NCBI GenBank assembly: GCA_046563655.1
Contig: CM102290.1
Coordinates: forward strand, 2,356,001 to 2,420,000
DNA: 64,000 nt
Origin: Yuukianura sp. NJ FZ-2021
Taxonomy: Eukaryota
Direction: 5' to 3'
Below the pieces are notes generated by a model. It worked only from the letters and a program-made list of their open reading frames with translations. It had not been told where the DNA came from and did no database searches. The stretch's first letter is position 1. The number at the start of each line of letters is the position of its first letter. Shown here piece after piece: positions 61,273 to 64,000 of this stretch. Made by a program: the position numbers and the translations under genes.

Positions 61273-61917
61273 GTTCACCAGCCTGCTCGGTAACTCCTCG
61301 TTTCATGGTCGACCATTCGGCACTCCCCGTGGACACGCTCGGGTCCATGCTAAGTGAAGAACTGGCAGCCAACTGGAGGCGATCCCTGGAACGGTCCCTG
61401 TTGTCCACGTCACCCCCGAACAACGCCCGCAACACCCCTCTCCACCATGGCACGGAGTCCTCATCCCCCCTCCCGCAACACTCCCCGCCCGGGGAGTCCA
61501 CCCTCAACGACTCCAGTGGTAACCTAGACAGTTCCATTCTGAATGGGAACTTGTCTGGGTCATCAGAACGACTTCCATACCGGTTCGAAGACTCCCTAAT
61601 TCCGAAGAGTGATCCAATGGAGGCTCGTCTCCAGGAAATGCTACGCTACAACATGGACAAGTTTGGTTCTCAGTGTTTGGATACGCTTCAAATTGCTCGC
61701 AGAGTCCGTGAGCTTCTGTCCATTCACAACATTGGGCAACGACTCTTTGCCAAATACGTTCTCGGTCTCTCCCAAGGAACCGTGAGTGAGCTCCTGTCGA
61801 AACCGAAACCCTGGGACAAGCTTACCGAAAAGGGAAGAGATTCGTACCGAAAAATGCATGCCTGGTCGGCTGATGAAGCTTCGGTCCTCCTTCTCAAGTC
61901 TCTCATTCCAAAGAAAG
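61273..61917 (+). CDS. cut: cut/CUX exon C: Ser/Pro-rich linker plus first CUT repeat
   Basis: CCAG acceptor ends at 61272 and restores the frame in phase 1 (G+GT=Gly). GTAAGC donor at 61918. It encodes DPMEARLQEMLRYNMDK...LDTLQIARRVRELLSIHNIGQRLFAKYVLGLSQGTVSELLSKPKPWDKLTEKGRDSYRKMHAW, nearly identical to the recalled insect Cut repeat 1. Confidence 0.97.
61647..61880 (+). other. cut: CUT DNA-binding domain (repeat 1), approximate limits
   Basis: Diagnostic IGQRLFA..VLGLSQGTVSELL.KPKPW..L..KGR.....M..W signature. Confidence 0.95.
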
Positions 61918-64000
61918 GTAAGCAAAAACGGTTTAAATTTCTTGCTTCTTTTGTTTCAAAATTTTGGCACTTTCTGGGCTCTCCTCATCACCAAACATAG
62001 TGGTTGGTTCAGCTATGGTGTTGGCCCAGCTACAGCTTAGCGTCCGAGTTCTAACGCCTAATTTCTAAATTTAAGTCCGAACCAAAAGTAGGGTGGGCGG
62101 GAGACTTAAATATTTGAAAATTCTCTGTTCTCATAATTGATCTTGATGGGATCCTAAAAGTATCCAGAGAGATCTTATACCTTTTCCTTAAGGTTTTTAG
62201 TGTTTTGGTCGGTGAGGCCTCCAGAAGAAAAAAAAAGTTGGTTGGAAATCGGTATAAAAGGACACTAATTTGGAGCCGTAAAACTTTTTTCTTCCTGTTC
62301 TTAACGTTTCTTACGTCTCCGCAGAGTGCTCATCCTCCTTTGTGTCCATCATCTTCAGACGTCGTAAAAGAGCGACGCTCAAGCCCCCCTTTCAAAAAAA
62401 AGTAGTACTCGGTTCCAGAAGTACAATAAACTGAAACAATGCGTGCAGCAGAGGGCTTAAATTCTTTTGTCCGTGACCGATCATCACATTCGACAGACAC
62501 AAGGGGAACTTTTTCCTTTTGAGAAAAGTATGAGATCTCTTACGGAAAAAGTAATCGAGTGCGCGGGAAGAGATCATTTTTGTTTTATACCTCATCAAAA
62601 ATACATTAATGAGCAGCAACAGAAGAGTTTTGGAAAAGTAAGCGGGAAAATACGGAACAGAAAAAAAAACGGTTTGCGTTAAGTTTTCTTTTTTGAAAAC
62701 TTAGATTTAGACGAGATTGAACTTAAGTCTATATAACTCTGGAACAGTCTGTATGACTGATGACTCTCATTTGGGAAGACATACGTTTTTGTTGGCGTGG
62801 GATCTGTTGCATATTAGTGTTTCCAGGTTCACTTTTTAAATCAAAGTTTGTAGCCCTTGATTGAGTCAGTCATTATGATTCACGAGATCTGCTGGACCTA
62901 TGTTGCGACCGCTAGGTCCAGCTGACTGACGAAACTTTGAAGTCGCTAGCTGTAGTTAAACCAAAATCATTTTTTTTTTGCAAAAACTGCAATTATGGCG
63001 GACGTTCAACCTATCTAGCAGTCCTGAGCGTGCAGTAGTCTAAAGTTCTCCAAGTACAACGAGTAATTAGCCTTAGCGTGCAATCCTCGACTCCAACGAA
63101 AGTAATCCAGAAAATCCGTTTTGAACTTGCATGCTCTTCATCTTTTGGAGTTGGGCGGGGGAGGATTCAAATTTGAAAAGTGTCTCTGGAAATCTTCAAA
63201 AACTTTCATTCCAAGTCTAATTTTTTTTTTCATTCCGCTCTTTAACTTATTTCCTTATGATTACAAGTGGATGTCTAACTTTTTTTTCAAAAGACGATTC
63301 CATGGCTCTGAGTAATTACGACTTTGAAAGATTCCAATTCTTTTTTAGAGAAGGAATGATATCTTTTTGTGAAGCACTCACACGTTGCCCTGCTGACCCT
63401 GACTCTAGAGCCACAAAATGATATCCAAGGGCTCAAAGGGTACCATTGAACCAGAAGAGAGTACTTTGGTTAGGTTATGTTAGAGTAGGTTGGGGAGGGG
63501 AGTCAAAGGGGGGTCGCAGGAGACGACACTTGAGTCACCCTCTCTCTTTTTACTTCGGTCCAAGAATTTATGATCTTTCTAATCCCAAACGGAAATTACG
63601 TCAAAGGGAATTCATATAAATACGATTTGAAAAGGAGTGCGGGAAGATATAAAAATCCTTATATACTTTTATTTATTACCATTATTCTCTCTCTTCGTTT
63701 TTTTCAAAATAGTGTGTTCCATTCCTACAATATCCAAGTGAGTACTAAATATCAATCTGCATTTTTAATCTCTTCGTCCTATCATTTTTACCCAACAACG
63801 AACGCTCTCTGCTTAATCACCCTTCGATTCCCCCTCAAAAACTAAAGGCTTCCCTGGGACTCTAAGTTTTTGAATTTTTTAAAATTTAAAATTGCGCTGC
63901 TTCCCTCTAAACCTTTCATCTTTCCCTTCGTGTCTTGTGTGTATGTCAAAGGAACATGGCCAGTGAACCAGCAACGCGTGAGCGAATTGGAAACTGGCGG
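61918..64000 (+). other. cut: cut intron after CUT repeat 1, probably running beyond the window
   Basis: GTAAGC donor. No CUT2, CUT3 or homeodomain sequence is recognisable in the remaining 2 kb. Confidence 0.7.

Noticed and set aside
61918..62000. C-terminal tail of the 231-aa ORF (GKQKRFKFLASF...)
   Set aside because: This is read-through into the intron after the GTAAGC donor, and Cut similarity stops at IPKK.
1..64000. CRISPR arrays, operons, rRNA or other prokaryotic features
   Set aside because: No repeat-spacer periodicity or rRNA signature. The spliceosomal introns and the cut gene show the DNA is animal.

Overview
AT-rich eukaryotic, almost certainly arthropod, genomic DNA. The only securely identified gene is cut/CUX on the + strand near the right end. 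It has three phase-compatible GT-AG exons (60004-60224, 60475-60742, 61273-61917) that encode a CUX1/CASP-type coiled coil and the first CUT repeat, and the gene runs off the window. The first ~60 kb is essentially non-coding (5' regulatory region or giant intron of cut). It contains a non-autonomous Helitron, a 113-bp fold-back, one possible orphan ORF and a multi-stem GC-rich element. It also carries recurrent motifs: IR1 EcRE fused to FTZ-F1 sites, perfect DR1s, TTTGAATTTGGCG and GGAGAAAGT. The most unusual signal is a dispersed family of four 180-300-bp inverted-repeat elements (three upstream, one in a cut intron). Each arm reads AACAGGTT-N6-TA(A/C)CTC, and the 6-nt core differs between copies but is largely matched between the two arms of the same copy. 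All counts and alignments were done by eye, and protein identifications rest on recalled family sequences, not database searches.
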